Shown here piece by piece: positions 1-12,700 of a stretch of DNA of 64,000 nucleotides. Source of the stretch: Carcharhinus amblyrhynchos (lineage: Eukaryota); the NCBI GenBank assembly GCA_965287045.1, contig OZ336872.1, positions 98,270,001-98,334,000 on the forward strand, given 5' to 3'. The notes under the pieces were generated by a model. That model did not search any database. It saw only the letters and a program-made list of their open reading frames with translations, and was not told the DNA's origin. The translations under genes and the position numbers were made by a program. How positions within the stretch are numbered: position 1 is the stretch's first letter; the number at the start of each line of letters is the position of its first letter.

Positions 1-74
1 AGATTTATTTAATTTTAATTTAAATTCCTGAGCTATTGTAGTGGGATTCAAACCAATGTTTCAGGATCATTTTA

Positions 75-285
75 ATAAAAACAGAATGCTTAGATCTGAC
101 CTCATCTGCAAAGAGAGAAACAGAATTCATACTTCAGATCTGTGACTTTTCATCCTATTTAAAGGTGACAGGACTGAAACATTAATTCTGTGTTTCTCTC
201 CACAGATGCTGCCAGATGTGCTGACTGTTTGCAGCAGTTTTCTATCTTTATTTCAGATTTCCATCTGTATAATACTTTGCTTTTG
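75..285. mobile_element. Degenerate palindromic Penelope-like/non-autonomous repeat
   Basis: Contains 'tctctccacagatgctgccaga...tttcagatttcca', shared with 16650-16760, 24636-24755 and 46660-46770, preceded by an inverted partial copy. Confidence 0.55.
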
Positions 286-998
286 TCTCAGGATCATTAG
301 TTCAGTAGCTTAATCACTTATTGGTACCCCTTATGAAACGTGAACAATTTCAGTGATACAAAGATCTACACTTGTGCTCAATGAGGTGTGAAAAATACAA
401 ATATGTTCTTTTCTCTGAGTACTGATATTTATATTGACAAGAAGAGCATTTTCAATGAAAATGTTACATTTGACTGATTGGAATTTCCCAGTTAAATATT
501 TCAGATTTTTAGTGATAATGTTCAAAGTATAATCATCCTTTTTAATTATCTTGCTAATGTCTTCTCCTGTAAGAGTGGATTGCATCTGAACACACATTTG
601 TTACAACAACTTTAAAAAAATCACCAGTTTTTCAGATAAGCTTTCATGTCTCCTCCAAGGTTGTGTCGTCTTTTAATTAATAATTTTCAGCCTGGGGAAG
701 TGGAGGAGGCTCTCTCTTTCTTTGTGTTGAGGGAGGCCAAGCTTTTGTTTCCTCTGTTCCGTCTCCCTAAAATGTGTAAACGTGAGTGCTAGAAACCCAA
801 GGGTGAAGTAACAACTCCTGATCCTTTGTTTATATACAGTAAGAAGTCAAATAAGCTTTCTAAATACTTGCAGTATTGCAAAGCATTTCAGAAATAGTCC
901 TGTGCACATCTCCTTCATCTTGCAGTGAAATAATGTATTACTCTAGAAAATCAAATCATTGAAGTAGAAAGTTAATGTCTGTGTCCTTTTCATTTAAG

Positions 999-1082
999 GT
1001 TTGAGTCATCCCAAGGACCAGCATTCCAGCCTGGGTGCTCCAAATGATTTTCTCTCATCCTCTGGGTTCATTTTAAAATCAG
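999..1082 (+). CDS. GIGYF2: Candidate alternative in-frame cassette exon of GIGYF2
   Basis: Pyrimidine tract then TAAG|, 84 nt, CAG|GTATGT donor. Phase 1/1 matches the host intron and the frame is open (GLSHPKDQHSSLGAPNDFLSSSGFILKS). Confidence 0.5.
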
Positions 1083-1444
1083 GTATGTGAGGAATCTATT
1101 TGCATATTTAATACAATAGATTTCAAAACTAATGTTTCACCTATGTAATTTAAAGATGTTGCAGTTCAAGAAACTTTCTTGTTAAGGAAGCTGGAAACTG
1201 TCCACGTGTTTGTGTTTATAAGCGATGTCTTATGGTCAAGTTCCAGTAGGTTTTATTCAAAGTTGCAAGTAACTTGTTCTCAGACTATTTATATACATTT
1301 TTAATAGATATATTTAACAGATGTAACATTTGCTCATGCAGAAAGTAGCTAAAGACAGAATAACAGGTTTAAAAGTAATACACAAGCTCAAAAATGTTTC
1401 AGTAGTTTCAAATATGCTTTGTCTTTCTCAAAAATGATGCAGAC

Positions 1445-1690
1445 ATGAAATCAGAGTAGAAGTAGACCATTTGGCTCTTTGTAGCTGCTCTGCCATTCAG
1501 TAAAATCATGGCTGATCGGTTTGTGTTTGAAGTTGCCTCTGAGGGGAAAAAAAATTCTTGTTCCCTGTTCTATAAGGGTGACCTTTTAAACAGTGCTGTC
1601 TTGTCCTGTACTCACCCACAAGAGGAAACATCTTTTCCACATCTACTGTGTCAAGACCTTTCTAGATCTTTTAGAATGTTTGCAATTTTC
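1445..1690 (-). mobile_element. CR1-type LINE 3' end fragment
   Basis: 'gaaatcagagtagaagtagaccatttggc...ccattcagtaaaatcatggctgatc' resembles 10977, 19714 and 49818. Confidence 0.6.
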
Positions 1691-4600
1691 CCTTTTATTT
1701 TGTTCTGGTTTTAAGCAACTTTCACAAAATTTTAATGTTTGGTCTCTAGTTAGCCTGTTGAGTGTGAATTCACATTCTGAGAGATTGTCATTTGCATGTT
1801 TCATGCTTTCTACTTTCTGACGCTAAAGTTGCAACATGCAGAATTTTTTAGTTATTCTGGTTCAGACGTGATAGTTACAGCAAATAACAAGTGCACTCAG
1901 TTTCTGGATTTATTTCTCAGCTTTATTAAATTCAGTCAAATTATATCAACACATGCAACTTGAACTTATATGCGACTGTGCATTGCTTGGCTCTGTAAAT
2001 GGGTAGTTGGTAAGAAAGAAACCAAGTCTTTACTACTTTCAGAGCTTTACTCTAATTCACATAAAACTCCATCCCAAACAACACCTGTTTCCTCTATGCA
2101 CCCTGTGACGTGTTGAACCATGTAATCGCTAACATAATCGCTTGATTATTATCTATTTCCTATCCTAATGAGTGCTAACAGTGAATTGAATAAAAGTTAA
2201 TGCAGGCTAAATACCTATAAACACTTGTAATTATCAACCTCCTGTTGAATATTGTGCCCTAGCCACTGACCAAGTCACTCCACAAGCTTTCTTTAAAACA
2301 ATACCTTATACCTCAGTTCTGGGAAGGACAGACTTTCTTCCGGCAATGACTTAGAGTCCAGTAGTATTTGTTTTAAGCTGATACCCCTATCTCTCTCAGC
2401 CTTTTGAAAAAGCCTATCCTTCAGTGTTAATCTTTTTTAAACTTCCTTCAGTCAGTTTCTATCAGTTGGGGTGTTTGAAAATGTACCTTACCCTTGGAAA
2501 CCCAGCTGGACTTGGCTGTTTGGGATTCTACCAAAAGAGCTTGCCTTTTATTTAAAGTGGTCAAAACTCAATAATCATCAAGGACTGATAACTCATTTAA
2601 AACACATGTTTTTTCTTTGAATGTCATAGCTTTGTTCACTTTGATAGGACTGTCAGGGAAAACACCATTTACAGAATACTGAACTTTAGCAAGTTCTAAC
2701 ATAAGCTGAACTTTCCTTGGCTCCGAGTGTTCTTTGATAATTTAGTCAACATTTAGCATGAAGCTAATTTTTAGTAATGCTACTATTGTTTTAGTTTCAC
2801 AAGTGTTTGCTTTTTTTTAAACCGAGACACTTCTAAACTCTGTCCTCAGTCAGCCCTCTGCCGTTTGTTTTACAATTATTGCTTTTTCTTTTAATTGTAC
2901 CAGGTCAGTCAGTGAGATTATTTTTGATCAATTTCTAAAACAGTATCTACTTATCGGTATTTGCGGTATTCTGGAAGACACTACTTATTTATGTATTTAG
3001 CATAAAGCAACAGCAAGTGAATACACTGGAGTATAACCTCAAATATTCACAATAAGCGACACCAATTCTAAAATATCATGATGCATATGCAAGTTCAAGA
3101 AACAGATAAAGCGCGGACTTAAAAGATTCTCCAGCTCTCCCTTCAACTGTGTCATCTTGTAGATGGGATTTAACTATTATTTCTTCTTGGCCTTCGATTT
3201 GTCCTAAATTGAAGCCCTCTGACTTCAATTTTGATCTTTTATAACCATTACCTGTGAGTGCAGATCTCTCGTGATTTTCCACATGGAATACATGAATGCC
3301 TTGGTGACTTTTTTTAAACAAGAACAAATTTGTCTCACTGCTGACTACACTCTTTCATGTTTTGGTGTTTCTCAAGTAACTGAACATGTCCAAGTTCCAT
3401 TCTTAAGTAAAGGTTCGCATACATTTTAGTTACTTCAGTACATAACAAATCACATCTGCATACTCGCACTGGTTTCCCAGAATCATGCCCATACAAAGCA
3501 CCCTTAGACTTTAGATAGACACTCAACCCCGTGATCTTTTGATAAAGATTTTGCACATGACTTCTGTATGGTTCTGATGTCTTGAGGTGTGGCCAGGGTA
3601 CCATCAAATGTAGTTATCTTAATTTCATAGCTTTCTCTCAGAGATGTTTGTATCTTTGCCTTTTAGTTTTGTTGTGTCATCTACACCTTTTTTGACCAGA
3701 ATATACATACCAGCTTGGTATATTCTAATGAGCAATGCCCCTGATGATTTTTTTGAATTTCCATTTGGTCGTTTTTTTTTCGGTCTCTGCCTCTCATCCT
3801 CACTCCATTTTAAATTATGCACATCCTTTTTGTTGCTGTTCTAGCACATTTGTGAGCCCTGGAGCTACCTTTATTGTCCAATACAAAATTTTTATACAAT
3901 TAAATTACAAATCAAACATTCCCACTTGATTTTAGGAATTAGCACATTGGTCTGTTCTTTATTTTAGGGTGACCACTCTTAGAAATACGCTGTTAGGTTG
4001 TGTTTGACATTTTTATAATTTCATAATTATTTGAAATTCAAATAAAGCAGAGTTGTTGGGCTGATAAAATTTATGAATCCCTGAAAATGAACTTTATTTT
4101 GATGATGACCATCTTTTCAGTGTCTTTCCTTTCTTATAAACAAAATTTAATTGGCCCCCTGTGGCAAGTAAATTTCAGTTTTGAACGTTTGAAATGGCAA
4201 CTCTTTTCAGTTTAGTTTATCAATTCTAATCTTGGAAGCTGTGCTTCCCCAGCTTGGTGATTTTGTATGATGTTTTACATTCGGGACAAAGGTGTTTGTA
4301 ATTTGCTTATTTGTAACTTCTATATCTTCCCTTCTCAAATACTTTGGCTCAGAAGGTTAGAAATGGTCTGAATGGGTTAAGGCCAAGTCTTTAATTGGCC
4401 AAGTCATCATCTAGTGACATTTGATATCTGCACATCTTAAATGCTGAAAGCTGCAACTTAGCTTGCTTTGTCCTCAGAAACCATCGTCATTTTTTTTCCA
4501 GAAATAACAAAGAATCCATTGTGTCTGTTCAGGAGCTCAATAGTTAATTTGTCTAAACATATGTTAATTTAGACCCTTGACATTTAATAATGCCAAAAAT

Positions 4601-7600
4601 ATACATTTTGTGCTTAGCAATGCTAAAGTTATGTGGTAAATTTAAGTGGGGGGAAAAGCACTCATTAGCAGAAAGGGTTAATTCCCCTGCTTGTTTTCAA
4701 GAGGGCAGGGCAAAATATTTTAAAATGCACACAATTGCGTCCTGCGGTAAGATTAGTCCAATATCATTCTAAACTGTTTCGGTATTTTAAGTTTGCACAA
4801 GTTTTTTAATCCTTCATAATTAAAATGACAAAAATCATTGACATTATTAATTTTCAAAAGAAAGCATTCTCATCATTCAGAATAGCATTCACTTGTTTCT
4901 AAACTACTTTTATTTTTTTGTAGGCAGTTTACAACTTTGGTATGATCAAAATAATAAAACAGAATCATTTCAAATTACCCAATGCCAAGTCATATAATTT
5001 AAACATTTAAAATTCAAAATTGCCAGCTTTATATATGAATGTCTTAAGTGTGGCTCTAAATACCTCCCCCACACTTCAACATAACTAGAATTTCAACTTG
5101 AAAGGTTAGTTGACCAAACTAACTCCAATTCAATTCAGACCAGTACTTAAACACAGAGTAGCGTGAGCTTTAAAAAGAAAAGATAAATTGGCATTTTTCT
5201 TCTTCGGATGCCTTCCAAATGACGAATAAAACTAAAGAAAACTAAAACTAAAAAAAGTTTGCGTTCATTGTTAAATAAAACCGTCACCATTCTTATACTA
5301 AAGGATTAAAGAAGGCAGAGCTTTCCACACCTTGTAAAACATTCACACCAACTTCATAAAGCACTAATATTCTAGTGTTGGTTTGTTAACAGTACAGTCA
5401 GAATCTTTCCCATATGCTCTTTGCTTATCCTTTTCTCCCTTGAACCAATTTTCAATTTCTAATGTTTACTACTTAACCTTATTTGGATAAACATTCAGTA
5501 AAGCATGTCTTTAATTTGTCTGCAAAAAAAGAAGCAATAGCCATTTTTAAAAAGTCGAGTACAGTTTAAAAAAAAGTTTAAGTTAGATTTCTGCCAGGCA
5601 TCATCATTTAGATTGAAGCTCATGGTTTATAAATTGAATTTGGTGCCTTTCAAGGCACAGAACAAAATTTTAAACAGGTAATGGAACTTCTATGCTTCCA
5701 ATATCAAAGGCAAGACTGCAAATGGTCACCAGTTTCTAGATCTGCAGAGAAAGATGCATAGCGCTGGCAAAAAGATTGACTTTCATTCACAGGCCAGAAA
5801 ATTTGCATTCTGGAAAAAAAAGTACTGTTACTCTTCTCTCACCTATTTCAAATTTTGGGAGCTTTTTAACCACTTTTTCATGCGAGTTTAGTTATTGCTG
5901 GGTGGACTCCTTTCTGATCCTTTACTTCATTCTCCTCCTTCAGTTGCCTAAGTGACTTTATAAGTCAAGGTGGCCAACTGTTGTCTACTGGATTTCCATA
6001 GCAGTGAAAAATAATATTGCTAATTCGTCCTCCCTCTGTGGATCACAAATTCTGCGGCCTGCTTTTCTTTTTCCTCCTCCCTCCTTCCACAAAACTAAAG
6101 AGGTCTACATAAACACCACTTTCCTCCACGAATTCTAATCCTGAATGTACCCCGTTTCCTTAATATGCTGTATGTTGCAAGTGTGGTGTTTTCCTGTGGA
6201 TCTGGAAAATTGATAGAGTGTAACTATTGACATTCAGAACACTCCGATGTTTGCTGAGTAACTATGTTTCTTTTTCTCCACTATAATATTTGTACATAGT
6301 CTATTGTACTCATCTGAATTGACACAGGTTCTAGGTATGGCCCCTTTCAGCTTAATTTCAGAGGGCACCGTCTCCCTTGGAGGCATAGACCTGACGCCGG
6401 CAAATGTTTTCATGCTGGCACAATTTCATAAATTGTTAATGTTTCTGGAAACTAGGGAGGCTTGAGTCAGCTGTCTCCCATTAGTTACCATTCTTTTAGT
6501 CACATATAACCATCTTTAACTGCATTCAGAGTAATTGTATTTTCAAGAGTGTATAATGCTTGAGGCATCCAAATTGCTTTCATAAACCATAAACAAGCCT
6601 TAGAAATTGATGAAAAATGAAAACCTGCAAGTTCCAAGATATATTTACGCTCTTTCTAACAGACTACAGCAATTTAGGTTTTCCACTGTAGGAAATATAA
6701 AAATAAATCACTCCTCAATTTTATTGTTTGGGATCATGGTATTGTAGTTTATTTCTACCTGCATATTGAGTTAATTAGCCTAGTGTTTCACTGTAAGGCA
6801 ATTAATATTTTGAGATCTGTTAATGTGTGAAATATTAGTATGCTTTGAGGAATGTAGATGCACAAATTGGAGGAACACCTTTCTAAATGTGGCAACATCT
6901 TATCCCAATTCCTACTTTCTGATTGGCAGAAATGTTTGTATATTTTATCTTCATCGAGAGGGATAACGATGTAGAAGAACTAAATTATTTTTCTATTTCC
7001 TATACATTGTGTGTTGACATCAGATATTCTCTAACTAGATTCATCACTGGCTATATGCTGAGTAAAAGTAGATGCTATGTGGAAGGGCAGGAAAATTGAG
7101 TTAGAATACATACTTCTAGTTGAAGGGCAAGCATAGGCATAAATATCCTGTGTACTGCTATTTCTGTAAAACTCGCAGCCCTCTCACAACCTCAGCAAAG
7201 CAATCCCGATTGCACTTACATGCTTTTTAATTTCTACACATGTGAAGGACTTGAAATTTATATTTTTAGATATTGAATTGGAAATGACTAAACATTTATC
7301 TTAATGACATTACAGAAAATAATCTTTCATTTGTCCTCTTCTCTCTACTCAGCCAAATTCTGGACTTCATTTGAGTTACAGACCTCCATTAAAGGGGCGA
7401 GAAATTAAAGCAGTTGTATCTTTTTTTTACTTTTTATTTTAACTTTTAACAGACTAAGTTTCCATTGGTAAATATCAACTGTTTAGTCAGTGTTGAAGAC
7501 CAAGGAGCTGTAGCCAGAGTATTGAAGGCAAAAAGAATTGTAACGCATTTAAAATTTCTGAATCAGCTATACAGTACAATTCAGCCATATTTTCTTGTAC

Positions 7601-8259
7601 TTGCAAGGTGGTCTATTGATATTTAATTTCAGTGTCAGAAATGAAAAATCAAATCATTGTGTGGTTTTTGACAATTTAGCTGTGATTTTCACATGGCTGG
7701 TGCAATAAATTGGTTGTACCAAAGTTTAGAACTTGAAATATAGCAAGTAATAGTTTTTATGCCTATTAGAAATAATTCTAATTATTTGGACATTGTGTAC
7801 CATTATTCCTAATTTTTTTTCTTTCACATTGTTAAACTAACTTTGTTAACTGCCACTCATCCCAGACCTCTGCAGTTCCACAAACATACATGCATAATAA
7901 AGCTCCACTGTACTGGCAAACCAGATCTTGAAAATAGATTGCAGAAATAGTACTGGCTGAAATAAACTGTGTAAAGATTGACCATTGCATTTCAAGATTG
8001 CTTAGTTGCAAACTTCATCCAACATACTATTTTCTATTTAGGTGGTGATCAAATGATCATCTTATCCTACTGTTAATGACTGACCTCAAAGACCCAGATC
8101 CTTGGTTACATTTTAGGACTATAACTTACGGCAGTTGATTTTTAAAAATAAAATATTCAAACCATTTTCAGCTTACAGATCTTAAACTGCTTTTCCTAAC
8201 AATGGCAGCAGTTTTGTCATTGGGTATTTCCTGGTGGCCCTTTAAAAGTTAGTAATTAT

Positions 8260-8876
8260 TCAGACAGCACTGTCTCTGAATAATATAGTGTCAGTATGAT
8301 CACCGTTGATGCTGACAACAAAATCATTCTGCTTAGCATCCTTTGGATGAAGAAGCACAGGGAATCCAGGAACTGTCTTGTCAAAGTTTTCCATGGTAAT
8401 TTTGTAGTAACCTTTGGAAGTGCAGCTTATTACAGAGGCAAACTGTTGACTGAGTTGAATTTCCTCAGCAATATAGGAGGTTCTCTTTTGGCAAGTCTCT
8501 CCTGTATCTTCCTGTTCTGCTGTCAAGAAAATTACTATCTCATAGTAGGCTGGCATCTTTCCTTGAATCAGTGGATAAAGAGGGCTGTTTTGATTGATGG
8601 TGTGGCAGAACATAAGTGGAAAGACAAGGTATGGACTCTCGTTTGAGTTCATGTTGTCGACGTGAAAGTCGAGGTTTGTCTGATGAAGGTGTTGGTTTTT
8701 GTACTCTTGGTATAGAATGGCAGTTACTTTAACGCGTGTTAATGGACTTTGTCTGATGTTGGCTACTCTAAACATCAAACAAGGCTCCCCTTCACGGTTT
8801 CCAACAGTAGCAAAGTAACTGAATTTAATTGCAGTTGCTCTAAGCTTTGGTCTGGCAATCTTTGCCACAAAGGCAC
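8260..8876 (-). CDS. KCNJ13: Kir7.1, last coding exon (cytoplasmic domain to stop)
   Basis: Acceptor T11-ACAG|GT. Joins in frame as ITG-AFVAKIARPK; contains CLMFRVAN.R.SPL, QKRTSY and MENFDKTVP. 478+617=1095 nt, giving 364 aa plus stop. Confidence 0.97.
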
Positions 8877-9315
8877 CTGTAAAAAAAAAAATTAACTTTA
8901 ATAAGTAAACTTTCTGGAAAAATTATTTCTACTATGAGACACTAGCATATTATTAGTGCTAACGTATATCGTACATTATGACCCCAGAATCAAATCCTCA
9001 TCCCTTTGTAAGCAATTTAATGAATGTCCCAAGCCATTGTCTTAATATAAAGTGACTGTGCAATCAATAACTTTCATGCTATTTAAAAAGATCAGATATA
9101 TATACATGAAGGCATTGTAAAGATATTTTTTCATTGTTTGAAGCTACAGTATTTAATAAGCCGTTACATGCCCTGACTGCATATCCACAATTCTTTAAAA
9201 TGGTTTAGTAGTTGCAGATAATTCAGTCATTCAGACCTTCAAAATCTGCTGAGATTATATAATAAAATTCAGAGAAGCATTTCTCTTGAATTATATTCTT
9301 TTAAAGAATAATTAC

Positions 9316-9793
9316 CTGTAATTAAAGCTTCCACCATGAGTCCTAGCAGCATCTGGATTGCAAGAAGTGCAATGGCAGCTGGACAGTCACCATCAGGGTA
9401 CATGGTTCCATAACCAATTGTAAGCTGAGTTTCCAGGGAGAATGAGAAGGCTGCTGTGAAGCTGTCGATATATTTCACACAGATGGTGTGGTTTTCTGGA
9501 GGGTTGTTATGATCGAGCAGATCTAAATCACCATTTGTATATGCCAATAAGTACCAAAAGCAGGCAAAGAAGAGCCAATGAGCAACAAAAGCTCCTGAAA
9601 ACGTCAGTAACATCCAGCGCCATCTCATTTCCACTAAGATTGACCAGATATCTTTTAGGTGTACAATGCTTTTTCCGCTGAGGGACTCCATCTTGAGATT
9701 GCTGTGCCCATTCTTAGTGATGATTCTTTTGTACCGAAATGCTACAAGTGGCGCAGTGACTTTTTCGTCACTATCATTGAAAACCATGTCCAT
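9316..9793 (-). CDS. KCNJ13: Kir7.1 inward-rectifier K+ channel, first coding exon (N-terminus, M1, pore, M2)
   Basis: ORF reads RIITKNGH...MRWRWMLL...NHTICV...[24 protein letters not shown]. It has the Kir7.1-type Met after GYGT. Donor ACAG|GTAAT at 9316/9315, 478 nt, phase 1. Acceptor candidates lie just upstream of the ATG (exon start 9814 or 9805). Confidence 0.97.
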
Positions 9794-10384
9794 TATTTTG
9801 CTCTCCTGGATTAGCTGTAGAACATATTGTCAGAATGTTAGTATTTGCAACTACTGGGAGTTCAATTATCATCTCATTATCTATATTTGTCTTTTTAGCA
9901 ATTACTTGTGTTGTGGATTTGCAGGATTACTTATTTACCTATTTACTTATTAACTTATTTACTTATTAACCTTTTTTCTATACTACATAAGCAGTTCCAT
10001 CCTAATGAATAGATTTCATGCACTCTTTCAGTTCAATTCATCTGGTTATTTGATGGGGCATGGGCTTGTGTTTCCCTGAAATTCTTATTGCAGTATTTTG
10101 AGAGTGCGCATTTGGAAGTGAATTTATAAAAAAAAATTAATTTTCTTCTTTGAAATTTTGAAGTGGTTAGGAAGGATCCTCGTTGTCAAGTTTTCAGATC
10201 GTGTATTTTTTTCAAATTTTTATTGATCCTTTTTGTATACATTAGCTTGATGTTAAATTCTATATCTCAAAGGACAGAGTGGTGTGATAGTAGTTCAATG
10301 TCAGATATGGATGGTATATCAAAATTTAAATAAACAGTGATAAATGAAAATTTATTATATAGCCCCTCAGTTTGCCAAATTGCC

Positions 10385-10496
10385 CCTTGATGTCAGAGGA
10401 CTAGCTAGAGTAAATGTTTGGGGTTATGGGTATTGGGATTGTTCAGTGCAGACTCGATGGGCCGAATGGCCTCCTTCAGCACTGAAGGGCTTCTAA
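10385..10496 (+). mobile_element. 5'-truncated tRNA-derived SINE (HE1/V-SINE-like)
   Basis: 3' part 'gtgcagactcgatgggccgaatggcctccttc' is shared with the other SINE copies. Confidence 0.75.
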
Positions 10497-10976
10497 ATGT
10501 CATGTGGTAAGGATCTGATTTGAAAAGCATTTTAATTCTGTGTAAATGTAACAAACATGTTCACTGAGCATTTTTTGCTTTATTAACATCAGTTTCATTG
10601 AGTAGTAGTCTAAGACTTGACTAGTGGAAGTTTCCTTAACCTGCTAGCCTTGGTTTTTATTCACTAAAGTAGTTGCAGTGGGCAAACTTGATTGGTTTGT
10701 GCCTTGCTGAAGTTATATTAATGGTCAATTTCAGAATTATGTTCTCTTTGTTGATTTATTTGGAATAAAGTTTTCTCCAATATTCAGGTTTAAACATCCA
10801 CAGTGTTTCTTGGATCTTTAATAATTCTGTTCTTTTTAATATCAAATGTATTGATGCAGCTATAGTGCAAATAGTAGTTTAGAAGGCTCCATGTGCTTCA
10901 AATTAGAGAAATGCTGCAGATACAATGAACTTTTTAATTCTAGTTACGGAACTCTACATAGAGCTGTTTGATCTAA

Positions 10977-11052
10977 ACATAAGAACATAAGAAATAGGAG
11001 CAGGAGTAGGCCATCTAGCCCTTCGAGCCTGCCCCGCCATTCAATAAGATCA
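10977..11052 (-). mobile_element. CR1-type LINE extreme 3' end with tandem tail
   Basis: aacataagaacataagaaataggagcaggagtaggccat...ccattcaataagatc. Confidence 0.75.
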
Positions 11053-12024
11053 ATGTCCTGAGTTTGTGTGGATTGCCTGTAGTTATATAGCCTGTGCTGA
11101 GATTGGCAAGACTGAGTATGAATCTTTTAGATAATATTGAATTTTTTTCCCCTTCAATTTGGAGGCGTTCATGGAAAGTTCTTTTCAATTTAGGTTCCTG
11201 ATTTATATTGCAAAGTTTTTAGGTTAGCTTAATAAAATTGACATTGATTTTCTTTGATTCTTTAAAATAGATCCTACTGAAGAAAAAGATATATTTTGCA
11301 ATTATAAGTTTGTTGGCAACAGTATATTGTAGAATTGTGGCTTGAATGTTGATTTGTACTTAAATCATGTTCAATTCATTGTAGTATATTGAATATAAAC
11401 TGAAAGATCAATTGTTATCCAAAATGAAAATTTCCATGTTTACTTTGTGAAACATAAGACCTTGACTTTGAGTAATGAGGCACATACAGTTTGCGACTAC
11501 TTGATACACCAAATGCAGTTTTAAATTTCAGCTGAATAGTTTTTTTGAGTTTTATGATAAGATGTGTTTTATGTAAAACTGTATCACCTAGTGTCATGAT
11601 ACAGATATGAATTAAATTGACTTTAAAAGTTGAATTTAACTTGTTAACATTTATATGTAATAAATTGATCTTCCAGGGACTTTGAATAGGGGTGCAAGCG
11701 AATTTACTGTTTCAAAATTAAAGTTTTTTTCCCCTGAATTAAAGCCAGAAGTTTGTTTCGAAAGATACTAAGATTGTGCTTGTTTCTTGCTTAACATTAA
11801 ATGTTAATATAGCTTTAAAGTTGAATTATTGATGCTTAAGTTTGCATTTAAGTCTTGTGCATTGAATGTAACCTTAACCTTAAGTATCAGAAAATGATTG
11901 TGTAAACATGATCTCTTAAAGTTAGTGATTTACACAAGCAAATTATTGTTTGATGTGTGTCATCTAGTTTTATAAGATGAAGTATACTTCAATAAGCTAA
12001 CATTTCATAAAATCAGGTACTTAC

Positions 12025-12360
12025 CGAAATATGGAAGTTTTACAGATTTCTTCTTGCTTGCAAATTTCATTTGCAGTTTTACAAATGAACGCAAATCTGT
12101 TTATTGCGGTGGACACAAGATAAGACTTGTGTTTGCACTGTTATGTTGATCTTCATTATACAGTTACATGGGTTAGGAATGTGAGTATATAGAATATGAG
12201 CTATTGTTTCGTTTTAGCCCTAATAAGGTTAGGCATTTTGCCTACAGGTGGCCAATTAAATGGATTGAAATGGTGAGACTTCTTATGTTCTATTTATGAT
12301 GTTAGGTAGCTCAGGTAAATGTTTAGTACGGAAGTGAATTAAGCTTCTACCCCACCCCCT
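12025..12360 (-). promoter_or_regulatory. KCNJ13: Candidate KCNJ13 promoter plus non-coding first exon, proximal copy
   Basis: Minus-strand donor CG|GTAAGTA at 12025/12024; TATAATG at 12154-12160; homologous to 12701-13030. Confidence 0.55.
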
Positions 12361-12700
12361 CCCCAACAAAGCAGCTTTAGTGAAATGGGTTCCTATCAGA
12401 ACTGAATTTTATTTGCATCAAATATACATCAGAGGTTTGTTTTAAAGGTTACTTAAAATTGTAATTTTTACTTTATAAATAAATGTTTATCTGGATTTAA
12501 ATATCAATTCTTGATTCTTCATATTTGTAAATCTGAAGAAAATGTCTCAAAAATTGGTCATTTTATAAAGATTTATATTAAAGTTAGGTATTTATGTGTG
12601 CACGTTATTAAGTCTGGTCATTCATGACATGCAGTCTTCTAAAATGAAATATAGTTTAACAAATTTAACAAATTAACATTTCACAATATTAGGTACTTAC

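Noticed and set aside
4900-7440. KCNJ13 polyadenylation signal
   Set aside because: Several minus-strand AATAAA candidates (e.g. ~7433, ~6720, ~4910) occur in AT-rich DNA, and I cannot choose among them without transcript data.
8296-8646. Plus-strand 116-aa ORF (and 9666-9953)
   Set aside because: Antisense shadows of the KCNJ13 coding exons.
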